A DNA stretch of 64,000 nucleotides from Fistulifera solaris (Eukaryota). Position 1 is the stretch's first letter, and each line of letters begins with the position of its first letter. The notes below the pieces were generated by a model that did not search any database, was not told the DNA's origin, and saw only the letters and a program-made list of their open reading frames with translations. The stretch is from positions 1 to 64,000 of the forward strand of contig AP026141.1 in assembly GCA_030295235.1 (NCBI GenBank), given 5' to 3'. A program made the translations under genes and the position numbers. Below, in pieces: positions 11,709 to 24,716 of the stretch.

Positions 11709-12795
11709 TTAATCGGAATACTGCGACAGTGAATGTAATGAAATATCCAGGATGTGCTTGGTGCGATCCATCAAATGACTCTCTGCGGACGGATTCACGG
11801 TTGCATCAATCTCGGCACGCAAAATGCTGCATACATGGTCAAGCGATGGGCGATCTGCTCGATTAGCTGACCAGCAGTTTTCGATCAGCTTTTGCATATC
11901 CCCAGTCAGGATGGGTAGCGGTTCAGGGCGGATGTCTTTTCAGAAACTAAATTGCACAATTCTTTCATAGAGACAAAGCGGACATTTTTGAATGGCTTCT
12001 CTAAACTAAAAAGAAGCCACATCATCAGGGAAAATGCGTAAACATCGCTAGAGAGACCGTAGGGAAGTCCTTTCATTACTTCGGGGGCCATAAACCGCAC
12101 GGTCCCTACCGTCGAGGAAGCTTTGTAACCGTCCGGATGCTCAATTAAGTCCTTTTCCTTGAGCTCCTTTGCACAACCGAAATCCACCAGAATCAAATGA
12201 CCACGCAAGCTTATTCCTAGATTTTCGGGCTTCAAATCACGAACAATGTTATGCTGATGAAGGAAGCGAAGGGCACGCGCTAAGTCGAGAGCAGCTACCA
12301 GTCTGTGTGAATAAAAGGCTCCCAATTGCTGTTTTCGAGATCTTGAAACAAAAGTCGGTTCACAACGGCAATCCGACGCCCTTGTCGGCATTCTGGATAC
12401 TGCTTGTTCCACTTCAGTACCTCGTCGGCCAGTGTGCTTGTCAGACGATCGAGAACGAGTCCAAACGAAAGCGTTCCTGGTTCACCTACTGTAGCACGTA
12501 GCCGAATGATGTTGGGATGCTTGATTTGCTGTAAAAAGCATGCCTCTTTGGCCAAGTCAACGATCGAACAGGTCTTTGTATCATAATCTAATCCCTCCAT
12601 TACCATTTTGATTGCATATCTATATTGATTTTTGCGTACATGCATTTTGCAAAGCATTTGAATGGACTTTTCATGGTGCTCTTCATTTCCTGTATCCTTT
12701 TTTTCATCCAGCAAGTCACAACGCGTCGTCGTCATGCGAAGATCTTTGCAGCATCGCGTGGCCAAGACGATTTCACTCTTGCTTATTTTGTACAT
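11709..12795 (-). pseudogene. TKL-like protein kinase, truncated or degraded paralog of the 27.9-kb kinase
   Basis: YAIK, HPNIIRLRA, RDLKPEN, DFGCAKEL, MAPEV and DVYAF spread over three frames. No Gly-rich loop, and the Y of 'IVYRD' is missing. Confidence 0.65.
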
Positions 12796-13142
12796 TTACT
12801 ATCTTCCTTCTACAATAAATGAATAGCTTGTATAGAATATTAAGTATAAAAACGGCACCGAAATGTCATATCGGAAAAACTCTGGCGTCTGAGCGGCCTT
12901 ATTACTTAAGATTCCTACTTATTGCACATCGCGGTCCTGTCTGCTGGGCCGTGTGACATCACGTGACTGATTTACACGTCATGAGTCACGAGAGATGTCA
13001 TCGTTATTCATTCAGAAAAATTATCTTAATGTTGTCACGCTTGTCACGCAAGACGAAAACGAAAAGTGCTTTGATATTGCTGCAATATTCTTGTAGCGCT
13101 TACTCCGTAGTATATGTTGAGGGATTGTCTTGAATTCTTAGG

Positions 13143-14614
13143 ATGTTTTTCGGCAAAAGCATAAGTCGACAAAAGCTCAGTTTCGTGACGGCGAGCGCCC
13201 TCGTCGCTTCCGTAGCCGCTCATCGTGTCACAAAGTTGCTGCAAAGCCCAGACGACGAAGACGAAACAGAAGTCATACAAGAGCATCAAAAGCTGAGTCC
13301 CTCTTTTATGAATCGGCTAGCGAAGAAGCCTTATCTGGAATCATTTATTGAGGAAACAGATGGAACTCGTCCTCCTGGTGTACCGCAAACTCTTCGACTC
13401 ATGACTGTCGATATCACGGCTGTGCGCGAAAAGGGCTTAGGTAGTAGTGCCGAATGTCACGCGTCTCCAAATGAGTTCCGACATGGTGTTGCGGCACCTA
13501 AACGAGTCCATGTAGGCTCAGAAATTGAAGGAGAGCCATCCATCGATATTGAACAGAAAGTCTGGATTCGCGCCTTTCATCAATGCTATTACAATGATTC
13601 AGCTGACACGACGAAAAAATTGGGAATCGAAATTATGGAAGCCGATACAACCAGCCTGAACCCTGCCGTATTAAGACGCATGCATAGTTTGATTCGATAC
13701 GACCACGGAAAGTACGCTCGTAGAAAAGGACGCCAAAGATTAGAGACAAAGACTGAGGGAGAAACTGCAGAGGATCTGGACAGCGTAGATCAGCAAGAAG
13801 CACCGTGGAATCAACATGCGTGGATTGAAGAAGCCATATTACGCATCGGAGGAAAGGTCAAGTTTGGCGAGCCCATGCAAGCTGTGAAGCATCAATGGTT
13901 GAACCGCTGGAGGAAGAGAGAATCCTCGTATCGTACTACGGTGAATGCTAGAAAAGGTGCATGGTCGGATTTATTTTCGTATGTGGATCCTGCCGGAATG
14001 GATGGAGCAACGTGTAGCCAGGAGGAGTCATCGAACTGGGCATCGGAGAAACCACACGCGGTGATCGTCAATGGTTCCGTCTTGCAACAGCGGCTTCCTA
14101 AAGCATTACGCCTTTTGCAACAAGTCTGCAGAGAGAATGGTGTCCCGTTGTATGTGTTACATGATCCTAGGAGATGGGGCGGAAATACGCATGAAACACT
14201 TGGTGATGTCTTAGAGGATGTGCGGAGGACAACAAAAAAGCGGATAGTTAGGAATTCTCTTCAATACACAGCCGGTCGTCGTTTTGCGAGAGGCAGACAA
14301 ATGGGAAAGTTGGAAACAGAGGCAAAGTGGAACCTTAGAGAAGCACAGCGTAAAGCGAACGAGTTGCTAGAGCGCTCAGCCGTCTTGACATCGAGGCTTT
14401 GAGCCGCAAGCTCGCACAGCATGGATTGTTGCAGATTCAAAAGAATGAAGGCAGAATGAAAGTGCTGTCTACTAGCATGTTAGAGCTAACAAAAAGCTTG
14501 TCATCTTCTGAGGACGAAAATATCCATGAGAATGACGCAATCGAGCAAAACTATGAAGCTACGAATAAAATATTGGGGGACACTGATTCGAAGGCGTCGA
14601 GATTAAGTGAGTAA
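13143..14614 (+). CDS. Uncharacterised protein (probable frameshift near 14395)
   Basis: 419-aa ORF with protein-like composition plus a directly adjoining 71-aa ORF; no family recognised. Confidence 0.65.
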
Positions 14615-14698
14615 TATCTAAGTTTGTTACGGTGAAATCGCGATTTATGAAATCAGTATAAAAGCTGCTTAGTAAAGAGATTTACAGCTGTCTCCTTT

Positions 14699-15907
14699 TT
14701 ACTTTCGTTTCTTTGGTTTGACTTCTTCCCAAACGTCAACGTTACTTTCAATAGATTCGCTCGCCAATGCGCGCTCTTCGTATTTTTGCAATTCCATAGC
14801 CAAAGCAGCGTCTTCTTCGATTCCGTTAATTTGCTCGCTGGTTTTGTCATGATTCGAGCTATCTCCATTCTCTTGCTTTTTCTTATTTTTGTTCTTCTTT
14901 TTTAGACTTGGTCGCCACAGGCTGGAATTCATTCGAGTCCGTAGCTTTCTTTTCCTCTGCGACAGCTGCCGAAGCGTCAAGTTTCATTGCAGCTTGTGAC
15001 GACCCGTTCTTTACTTCTACCTTTGGTTTGGGATCGGACTCTTTACCGACGGTCGTCCAGCCATCATCCTGGTTCCACGTCTCCGTAACAGCAGATTTGG
15101 TCTGCGACTTTGATGTGGTGCCGTTCTCCTGGGTTGTGGACGAAGCAACTTTTGTCTTCTTCGTCTTCACCTTTTTCTTTTCATAGAAGGAGACGACTTT
15201 TCGGAGGCGCTCTGCTTAGCAGGTGGGATGACCTCTGTTTCGGTATCCAAGAGCTCTTTTCAATTTCCTTCGCGTCTTCTGTGACCTTGTTTCTCGCACT
15301 ACCACTCTTGACAGTTTTATCATTCTTCGCCTTGCTCGTCTTTTTTAGCCCGAGATTTCGACGCCGAAGGAGTCAGCATGGATTTGTAAATTTGATGAGT
15401 AGCTAAACCTAGCAGGAGCATCAGTACAGCCCATTGTACGAAAGGAAAACCTCGTTCTTTCAAACCATCGACTCTCTTCCCCGATTGAAGTTTCGGGATA
15501 CTGGTTCGCCCGGCGGTATTGCTACTCGCAAAACCGGATTTGTCAGCCGCTGCTGCAGCCGCCGCGGCGAGTTCGGGGTCTTCGTAAAGAGCCCGCATGA
15601 CTTCGTCTTCGCTCATTCCTTGCAAATCTTCTAATTCTAGTTTTCCCCGAGGAGGGATTCCGCTACTTCCGCGCGCCCGAGTCGCGATCTTGGGGCGACC
15701 GTCTTCGGTGGTCTGATGATACTCTTGTTCACCTTCTTCCGCGTCTGAAGGGTTGTCGCTATCCTCGTGACTACCTTCACTACTTCCCGTCGGGCGAGAT
15801 CGTTTACGATCGTTACCGTGCAACTGATCACCAGCATGAGCGTTCGACCCATCCATACGGTCCGTTTCGTCTGGCTTGGTTTCTGCAGTAGAAGAAGGCA
15901 TTTTCAA
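14699..15907 (-). CDS. Low-complexity, charged single-pass membrane protein (several frameshifts)
   Basis: ORF 15320..15907 with a TM segment (FVQWAVLMLLLGLAT) continues through K-rich ORFs 14883..15170 and 14699..14980 (WTTV and WEEV motifs). Confidence 0.6.
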
Positions 15908-16742
15908 TTGAATGTTGTGCTTCGGATCGAAAACGAATCAACGAGAATAAATGCTTTAAATGGAAAAAGTAGCTCCGCAGTAAAAATAAATTGTAAATCT
16001 CTATCGAAGTAGAACAACGTTGCTGTAAACACAAATACAGAAAAGCAAGCGCAGTGTGAGAGGGTGAAGACGAAATAATAAACAACACCGTACAACCGCA
16101 AATGTCAAAAGAGATCCCTGACGCATCACAAACTCGTCCTCGTTTATTATAGAAACTAAACGACCATTTCCTTTCCTCTATAACCAACTTCGATCTTCTA
16201 TTCCCTACCTTGTCAAGATATAGTCGAATAAATGAAGCTTAAATACGAAATGAACATAAAGGGAAAGACTTGTTACTTTCTCCGTAACAAAAGCAAGGAC
16301 ACGCCTTGTTTGCAACTTCCACGTGCAGATCTTTTCATGACTTCATGACCCAAAATGTCCCATGCCGGCCACAAACTATACTATTACAATGTACTCCAAC
16401 ATCCCGATCCAGACAGACGACCGGCGGGCCGTTTTGCGCCGGGCTGTCTCTTCCGAGTCGCTCCACTACATTTTAATACTATAACGTTTGTTATCGGGTG
16501 TTCTTGAGTCGGGTCAAAAATGGCCGTTGGTGTCATCAACGGCGAAATTGCCCGCAAGCCAGGCTATCCTTTTCCCCAATCGAGCCATGCATCGAACACC
16601 TCGAACACGTCACGCTCACGCATGATGAATGCAACAAAACTAAAAAACCAGCGTATGTTGACTTGCAATCTTCGATCTATAACCGGCTTTAAACTGCTCT
16701 TGAACAAGAGAAACTGACGAATTCACTAGTCATTCGCAAGAC

Positions 16743-16943
16743 ATGTTTTCCTCCATAGGCTTTCGAACGAAACTCGGGCAACATTCACGTCGCTTTCTTT
16801 CGAAAGCACCTCGAAAGAATCAGCGTCAACAGAAACATTACAATAATTCAAGCGGCGTCGCAATAGCGGCATTTGCTTTTCTGTGTGGAGCGGGTAGTAC
16901 TGTTCTCATGGTGCGATTGGATGGAGAGGACAGCATCGAATAA
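16743..16943 (+). CDS. Small putative mitochondrial single-TM protein
   Basis: R/S/L-rich N-terminus (..SRRFLS) followed by a hydrophobic segment; only 66 aa. Confidence 0.35.
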   Translation: MFSSIGFRTKLGQHSRRFLSKAPRKNQRQQKHYNNSSGVAIAAFAFLCGAGSTVLMVRLDGEDSIE

Positions 16944-17068
16944 AAGAACTCAGATCGAAATTTCTAGTGCACAAACAGATTCTGGTTTTGTTGCTCTAGA
17001 ATATATATAATATAAAAAGAAGACCCTTTCAATCAAGGAGGACAAGCGTCGGAACGTAAGCCAGTGGT

Positions 17069-18945
17069 TCAAATTTGACCAGCAAGACTGTTCTGCTGTT
17101 CCAAAACCTCGGCTTCGAGTTTGCGAATGCGCTTACCCCATCCGTGAAACCCACTATGATTGCCAAACTCACGATACAAATCCAACAATTCGAGCTCTGC
17201 GGATCTAAGTTTCTCTGTCTGTTTAAGCTGCCGCTGGGCTTTTTTCCTTTTCCAGCCGAGCTTGCGTGTGCAATTCTTTTTCGATGCGAAGCTTGTTTCT
17301 CAAATTATCGCGGGTGGCGGTCAAGTTCTCAATGCCGGTTCTGAGGGAAGCGATTTGAGTGTGAAGATTCCTTTCCTGGTTCAGTTCATCTTCGAGACGC
17401 TTGTTTTTCTTCGTAGCTTCCTCTAGAAGAGCCTTCTTGTTTCTCAAGTTCGCGATAACCTTCTCGTTTTTGGCGCGAAGTGCTTCTACCTTCTTTGCAA
17501 CTCGAACACAGAATCTGGAAGAATCTTCTCATCAGGAAGCGCTGGAAGAACAGGTTTCTCAAGGCATGAATCAAGCATGTCACTGGGTACCTGTTTGTTT
17601 GCATAAAGAAAAGGTGCATCGACCATGTCGATACTCGTGGCTGCTTTGCGAAGCTCGGGTGCTGGCTCCGTCCCTAACGACTCTTCTTCCGGAGAAAGAA
17701 CCGCCTGATTTCCAAACATGCGTTTGCCCGGAGGATCGCTTTTTTGATTGCTGTTGCTTCGACTTGGATTATACACAGATCCATCATCGGCGTCGGGGTG
17801 GTTTTCCTTTTCCGACTCGGCACGAACTCCTTGTTTGAGGTCTTTATCTTTCGATGCCGAGGTATTGAATCCACTGGCGTTAAGCTCATCTCGAATGTCC
17901 GTCGCTTTTTTTGCCATTAGCTTCGCGAGATTCCGTTTTGTTGAGATCGCTTTCAGCGGAGGCTGGATCACTTTCTCGAACCAATTTATTGGCGGGTAAA
18001 TTTGCCGGCGCGCTCTCTTTTTCCTTTGATAGTTTAGGTTTTGCCGCGACGGAATCGGGAACGTTCGATTTGTTGTTTTCCGACAAGACACTTGCGGCCA
18101 TAAGCTTCGTATCGTCATCTTTCTCCTCTTTAGTGACGAGTGATTCCTTCGCAGGCACCGCAGGCTGCGGCTTTGCCGCCACAGTTTTCGGGTGGCGGAG
18201 ACTAAAGTAGTCAATCAGTTCAAGCTCCTCATCGTCGTCGGAATCATCATTTGCGGAGTTCTGGGCAGCATCTTCATCGTCGCTGTCATCTGCTTTTGGC
18301 TCCAAACCGACAATGCGAACGTGAAGGGCTTTCTCGGTAACGTCTCGAAGCTGTACCGCCGCTTTCAAATGACGTATATAGGTTTGGTTGTAGTGAGCGT
18401 AACTGTCGTACCTGCCCGTGACTGCGCGATGATTCATTTGCCCAGTCAATCCGATGAACTCAACAACTGCGTATGCTTCTTCGAGTTTGAGGTCATGCGC
18501 ACTGGCGGAATCAAATTCTTTGCCGTCAAAGTACTGTATCTGGACTGGAGTGGACAGGTTCAGTTGTCTCACCACTTCCTTGTAGAGAATGACAGCCGGT
18601 AGCTTGTAGCACTCTTCTTGCGGGCCCGCGCGGAGCTGCAGTATTTTCATGACCGACAAGAAAGCGCTGAATGACTTCTGCTTGCACCACTTGTACTTTC
18701 CCTGCTTCCAAAAAGTCATACAGAGCTTTCATTTGCGACTCGCAGAGATCATAGGCTGTTAGCGGCGTCAAGTCAATGAAGGGAGAGAATACAGGAACGT
18801 TGAAACGACGCTGACTGGGCGAGACTTTTATTGCAAACTCTTCACCTCTCGGACTGATTTGCAGAAAGTCGTTCTTCATTTGTTTCGTCCATCCTTTGTT
18901 AGTCATTTCTTGATTGAGGATTCTCAATGACGTTCTCGGATCCAT
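17069..18945 (-). CDS. Uncharacterised protein with acidic linker and C-terminal coiled coil (multiple frameshifts; possible upstream exon near 19230)
   Basis: Chain of overlapping minus-strand ORFs 18526..19083, 17886..18719, 17486..18214 and 17223..17447 with continuous protein-like content, ending ..EQQNSLAGQI*. Confidence 0.55.
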
Positions 18946-20149
18946 AATATCATCGTCGTCGCGTCTTCCTTGAGATCGCTGACTACCTTGCAACCGGTTT
19001 CGAAGAGAATACTGTAGAATATACAGATAAATGTGAGAATATGCTTCATGCAAGATAAAGTGTGGGTCTCTGCTCAATTGCAAAATGATTCCTTCGGTAG
19101 ATAATCGTATATCTGTAGACCCGCGTCTCCGTCATTTTACGAGAGTCGCTGGAGACTTTCCCCGTTCAAGTAGATCTCAATCCTTCGTACGTTTTGTCAC
19201 AAACGCCTCTATTTACTTACGCGATTTCTCATGTTTGCAATAGTGAATCTGTTTTGAACACAGAAACAATAGATTTCAGACTAGTATGACAGGAGATGCT
19301 AATCAATGATGTTTGCTTTTGTTGTGGGAAAAGGAAAAACTCTTTGAAGGCGGGCTCGATTGCGGAATGATGTCCTCGATGTCTCGTCGCGATCTTGCAT
19401 GGTACTGTACTGTAATGAAAAGAAGATCGAATTCTACAGTCTCATCTACACAAAAGTTCTACTATCTGTTTTAAACAAGAGACGTGTGCTGCTAAATCTT
19501 ACTCCGTATTTCGCACCAGCGGAGCGACATTCACTAAGAAAAAATTCAAAAAATAAAACAAAATTCGGAAGACGAATGAAGATGTATCTATTTGAATTTC
19601 TAGCAGTGTAGATAAAGCTCCATTCCTATCTCTTTCGCAGCATCTGCTAAAAACAAATCTCAATAATCGATTATAATCAAGTCGAAAGAGCTTTCAGATC
19701 ATGTTTCGCTGAATACACTATAGACCGAAATGTAGACAAACACTACCACGACTGCACTTCAGTCAAGAATCATCGTTGATTGCTGAGCCATACGGATCAT
19801 TCTTTCTAGCCATCATCCGTCCTCCACAAAAAATAATGTTATGAACTCGCGTATCCTTGTAGACCATATGATGGTCAATTCACCCCTTTATTATTTGATG
19901 ATCCAAGCGGTGTAGTAATTACTATACTATCAATGTGTAGACGACCTTTTCCCACGACTGCATCTCAGTCTCGTGTGTGCAAATCATTTGGGTGGACTTA
20001 CAGACGATCGTTGTTGCCGGCCAACGATAAACAAAAACGCAAAAGAAAATCAACATCGGCGTGTTTGCGTTCTTTCAAACACAAATCAGCCGTTCTATTG
20101 CAACAAAGTTACAACAAAGATTGAACGATCCAAAATCTGCAGAAAGACC

Positions 20150-21050
20150 ATGTCGCCGGTGAATCGCATTAGGGGATATTTACCGGTTCGCTTGCAGTTG
20201 CCTTCGGAAAACGGTACACGAGATGAGACTTTTATCTACGTCAAGGAGCACACAGAAAAAGCCTCAAACAAGTCAACGACGACAACATTATTTGTCGTAA
20301 ACGCTCCCGTAATTCCAGGAGTTTCAACGCGTATTCTACTCAAAGCACTCTTAGGAGCATGGGCTGATATTCAGCGCGTCACTGTTGTCTCTCATGCGAC
20401 ACGAACCCAAGTAACCATGACACCCACGTGGTTGACGAAGAATACGGAAGGAAGTTACGCACACGTTATCTATGCATCGCCACAAGCTCTTAAAAAAGAC
20501 GATGAAAGCGTTGGAAAAGCGCCCTGAACTTGCGCTAGATGGAGCAGAGGTGAGCACGCTACAGGATGCGAGTGCAGATGATGACGAAGAAGAAAAAGAG
20601 TCTGATCAGATAAGGAGAAAATCTGGAAACAAAAGTATTGTTTTGGAGCTGGCGAAGCGGTATCGACAGTCCATACCAGATAGAAATTTGTTGTTAGAAG
20701 AATGCAATCAGGTTATGGAGAAATTCGAAGAAACCTCCGAGGCTCTTCGCATGGAACGCGAACGAGCCGCCAACGAGCCCGATGAAGATGGCTTTGTCAC
20801 AGTGACATACACAGGCAACAACAACAATGTTGCATTGGAGTCATCGCAACAAAATTCTGGAAATAAGCGACCCAGCAGCAAAAGCAGTCGCCACCGCAAG
20901 AAACAGAAGAAAAAGTGCGAAGATCTCACCGACTTTTATCGTTTTCAAAACAAACAGCAGAAGAAAGATGCTCTACAAGAATTACGAAAACAATTTCAAC
21001 ATGATGTTGAAAAAGTTCAAAAACTACGTGAAAACTTTCATCCGTTTTAA
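20150..21050 (+). CDS. RRP7: Ribosomal RNA-processing protein 7 (frameshift in A-run ~20492-20497)
   Basis: N-domain FIYVKEH..TLFVVNAP; C-domain EPDEDGFVTV..DFYRFQ..LQELRKQFQHD..FHPF. Confidence 0.88.
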
Positions 21051-21381
21051 GTAGCAGTGGGCATATTCCGTTTGCTCCTTAAGAAAAAGTCTCTGTACTT
21101 GACAAGTGGCATACGCTTTTGGCTTAGGCTGTAACGTAAGCTAGAGATTACAGTTGATGCTGGTACCGTAGTGGTAGGTCTGGTAAGCAGAAAGCTAATT
21201 CCAGCCGTCCATCCGTCCCTCTTCAACAGACTTATCCTGCATTATGCGTTAGAAATTCTGTCAATAAAATTTTTTTTCTGCCGCTCTGAGAAGCGTAACA
21301 CGTCCACGGTCCAAGTCTTTAGCTAATATCTAAGCACCTGGATGCCTGGATCTGAATTAGGCACCGTAGATTGCCGCTTAA

Positions 21382-21800
21382 TCGTGGATCATGGGTCGTG
21401 GGTCGTGGCTCGTGGCTCTCTGTAGTCTCTCTCTACATGGTAGTCTTGGAGTGTTCTTCGTTGTAATTTGCTTGATAGATGACAGTTGCAGTACGGCCGT
21501 AGTACTGTTTGACGTTTGACAATCCTCGTCCTGGGTCCTTGGTCCTTGGGTCCGAGATCCGAGCCCCGAAAGATTCTAGGACTTAATGACTTTCTAAACT
21601 AGGATCTTAATGTTAAAAAGTAAATGCTTCTTTGCTGTTCTTGTTCTTACTGCTTACTGCCCACTGATACGTTTTCTCATTCGTAAGTCCGTCAGATGAC
21701 GTCAGATGAGGAGTCACAGTTGAAGTTTTCGGTTCTCAGGTTCGTCCTTGGTCTTCGCACCTCGCTTTCCGATATCCGAGCACTGCATCAAAGCATCGCA
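21382..21800. repeat. Mosaic of drifting heptamer tandem repeats
   Basis: TCRTGGN x5 (21382-21416), GTTTGAC x2, TCCTGGG/TCCTTGG/TCCGAGA/TCCGAGC run (21523-21564), CTTACTG x2 plus CCCACTG. Confidence 0.8.
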
Positions 21801-22029
21801 CCAAAGCCGTTTACCCGGTCCGGTATGTGTTATAAATCGTTAAATCTGAATCTAAAATACGTTTAGTTTTGACGTCTTTTCACGTCAAGCTGGAATTCTT
21901 ATCAGGCTAACTAAAAATCGAAACGGTATCGGTTGCCTCTCTAGTCGTAATGTCTGCTTCATCATTCAACAAAATAATCAACCGGCTAATATTCTTCTGA
22001 TAACCAAATTTCAACAAACGATCATCATC

Positions 22030-22875
22030 ATGCCGACAAGAATGATGATATCGCCCAATTTACCTCCTGAAAGAAAACGAAGCATCCGATTGAGCAGCGT
22101 GCCAGTCTATGAAGTGATCTGCGCGGAAAAAGCCACGCGGTGCAGCCAACCCTCGCGTACAAAAAGCATGCCGAAACAAACATCGTCTGGTGGACTTTCT
22201 CGCAACTTTTTGATTGAAAATAAGGATGCTGGCCACAGCAGCCCGCCAGAACGTTCATCTCCTCAACTAAGAAGTATCTTCGCTTTACGGTCGCTCGTTT
22301 CTTCGCAACCGTCCTCGACTGTTCGAAGATATTCGGCATCGGAGGCTAAACCTGATCGAATAGAACAGCTCCATAGATCCCCAATTCGACACGCTCCTCG
22401 TCGGATCAAAAGCTGTATGTCTCCGTGTTCTTTACGCCCTTCCGCGGAAAATGGTCCTCCTATTCGAAAACCAAAAGAACAGTCTCCTTTGGCCGTGTCG
22501 AAGGTGTCATCGTAAAAGATATAGCTCGCGAAAATAAGAACACGCTGTGGTTTTCCTCAGATGAATATAAAACGATGCGAGACGAGGCCTTTCAGATTGC
22601 CCTAACCATCCGAGAGAAAAAGGCTGTTGGAGATACGCCACACGCAACCTCGCGAGGACTCGAGAGGTTTGTCAACAAAGAGTCGACAACAATCAAGACA
22701 GCTCGGCTGTCCGTACTGGAGCATCAAGATTTAACCATGTACTCCCCTAGCATCGCATCGGGCGGTCCTTGAAGCGAGAGAAACGGCGTTGTTGGATGCC
22801 CTCGAGGCTATAGCAATTCAGAAAGAGAGTCAAAGACCTTCAGTATGTCGACGCCGCTCCAAGCTGAGTCCTTGA
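22030..22875 (+). CDS. SVSF/LWF/RGLE family paralog 2 (frameshifts ~22468 and ~22745)
   Basis: PIRHAPRRIKSCMS, then RTVSFGRVEGV..NKNTLWFSSDEY..SRGLE..ARLSVLEHQDLTMY, then LASHRAVLEARE..DALEA in a third frame. Confidence 0.8.
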
Positions 22876-23359
22876 TCCGGACAAAGTAGATTAATGAATA
22901 ATATTGTACATAGACGGGAACGTTGTTGTACCTCATATTCGAAATTGTAAGCAATCAGTGACCAGATCAGGGAGAGAAATTCCTCTTGAACGGCGAAGGA
23001 TTGCGATTGAATGATGGATAGCAAGTGACTTCAATTCTGAGTATAAAATGCAAACAGTCAACTCGACAGCGTTTTTCTTCGAAAAGTAATATTTTCTCCT
23101 GGATACTCCGACAATGTGCAACACGAGGATTTTCAAAGCACTTGAGGAGGCGGAAATGCACAAGTTGTAAGCGACTGCAATGGCCCCTTCATTTCTCCAT
23201 CACCTGGTACTTTGCTCCATTATCATCACCTTGTTCGGCCTTCGACGAACGAATTAGCGATCAACACCGAGGATGATTCGCATTCAATCCGTTCCGTTTT
23301 CCGTCTTCCGTCGGCTCTCTTCATTTGTTGCTAGTGTAGACTGTCTATAAACAAGTGGT

Positions 23360-24200
23360 GTTTGTTACACTAAAATTTATTCGATGGGTCCAGATATTCT
23401 GGACCCGAGTGCATTGGCTCGAACACAAGTTCTGCGAGACTTCCAGATATTATGAATTAGCTGATGGGGATGTCACAGAGATTTTGTTCAGATCGGGGCT
23501 TTTTGTCGGACAAGGATTTTGTGCATTTTCCAGAAAATCTGGAATCGGTGTTTTGCGTCGTGCAGACATTCCGTGAGCCTTCCAGATATTTTGGATAAGA
23601 TGCCTCGTGTCGCACAAAGCCTTTGTGCACGTTCCATGAGTTTTGAAACCGGTGTTTGCGTTTTAGATCACATTTTTCCTAATTCCAGAAATTCTTGAAT
23701 CGGTATTTCTGTCACACAGAAATTCTGCGATGGGTCCAGATATTCTGGACCCGAGTGCATTGGCTCGAACACAAGTTCTGCGAGACTTCCAGATATTATG
23801 GATTAGGTGATGGGGATGGCACAGAGATTTTGTGCACGTTTCAAATATTTCAGATCGGGTCTTTCTGTCAGACAAGGATTTTGTGCATTTTCCAGAAAAT
23901 CTGGAATCGGTGTTCTGCGTCGTGCAGACATTCCGTGAGACTTCCAGATAGTTTGGATAAGATGCCTTGTGTCGCACAAAGCCTTTGTGCACGTTCCATG
24001 AATTCTGAAGCCGGTGTTTGCGTTTTAGATCACATTTTCCCTAATTCCAGAAATTCTGGAATCGGTATTTCGGTCACACAGAAATTCTGCGATGGGTCTA
24101 GATATTCTGGACCCGAGTGCATTGGCTCGAACACAAGTTCTGCGAGACTTCCAGGGATGGCACAGAGATTCTGTGCATGTTTCAATTTTTTTAAGATCGG
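23360..24200. repeat. Tandem repeat of ~346-362-bp units (about 2.4 copies) built from diverged ~52-bp subunits (family A)
   Basis: CGATGGGTCCAGATATTCTGGACCCGAGTGCATTGG recurs at ~23382, 23728 and 24090 (third copy has one substitution). Recurrent TTCCAGAAA(A/T)TCTGGAATCGGT. Confidence 0.92.
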
Positions 24201-24209
24201 GGCTTTCCG

Positions 24210-24615
24210 TCAGAATTTCTGGAACGACCACAGAATATCTGTTGGATCCAAAATATAGATTCCAGAATTTTTTTGAACGACCACAGACTTTTGTATGACC
24301 CAATACAACAATTCCAGAATTTATAAACGGGCACAGAATCTCTCTATGGATCCAAAATATAGATTCTAGAATTTCTGGAACGACCACAGAATCACTGTTT
24401 GACCCAAAACAACAATTCCAGAATTTTTGAAACTGGCACAGAATCTCTGTTTGACGCAAACCATGGGTCCAGAACTTCTGGAACGACCACAGAATCTCTG
24501 TTTGTTGTAAAGTATAGATTCCAGAATTTCTGGAACGACCACAGACTTTCGTTTGACCCAAAAAAGAATCTTTGTTTGACCGCAAGCATTTTCTAATCTA
24601 TACAGAATCTCTGTT
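24210..24615. repeat. About seven copies of a ~52-bp unit (family A) in inverted orientation relative to 23360-24200
   Basis: CAGAATTTCTGGAACGACCACAGAAT-type units at ~24211, 24263, 24315, 24367, 24419, 24470 and 24522. Confidence 0.9.
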
Positions 24616-24716
24616 ATCCCTATGTCGCCAGACACCGATGAATCCATTTCATCTAGACCTAGAGTCGACTCCGGGGTATGGGTTACCAGGTACTGTACCA
24701 GTACTGTAATGGTTTT

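Noticed and set aside
11330..11712. 115-aa plus-strand ORF and a stop-interrupted minus-strand frame
   Set aside because: No recognisable motif and a non-ATG start; possibly a decayed coding remnant, but not supportable.
16411..16449. Hairpin AGACAG..CCGGCG..CGCCGG..CTGTCT as a possible ncRNA
   Set aside because: Single imperfect stem with no tRNA, snRNA or snoRNA hallmarks.
20485..20500. Programmed ribosomal frameshifting at A-runs in RRP7 and other genes
   Set aside because: Mixed +1 and -1 directions across many unrelated housekeeping genes fit sequencing error better.
24210..24615. CRISPR-like look of regularly spaced palindromic repeats
   Set aside because: The intervening sequences are homologous to each other rather than unique spacers, the repeats are degenerate, there are no cas genes, and the context is eukaryotic.
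23355..24647. ORFs of up to 187 aa in the family-A arrays
   Set aside because: They occur on both strands, are C/F/W-rich and track the repeat period; not credible proteins.
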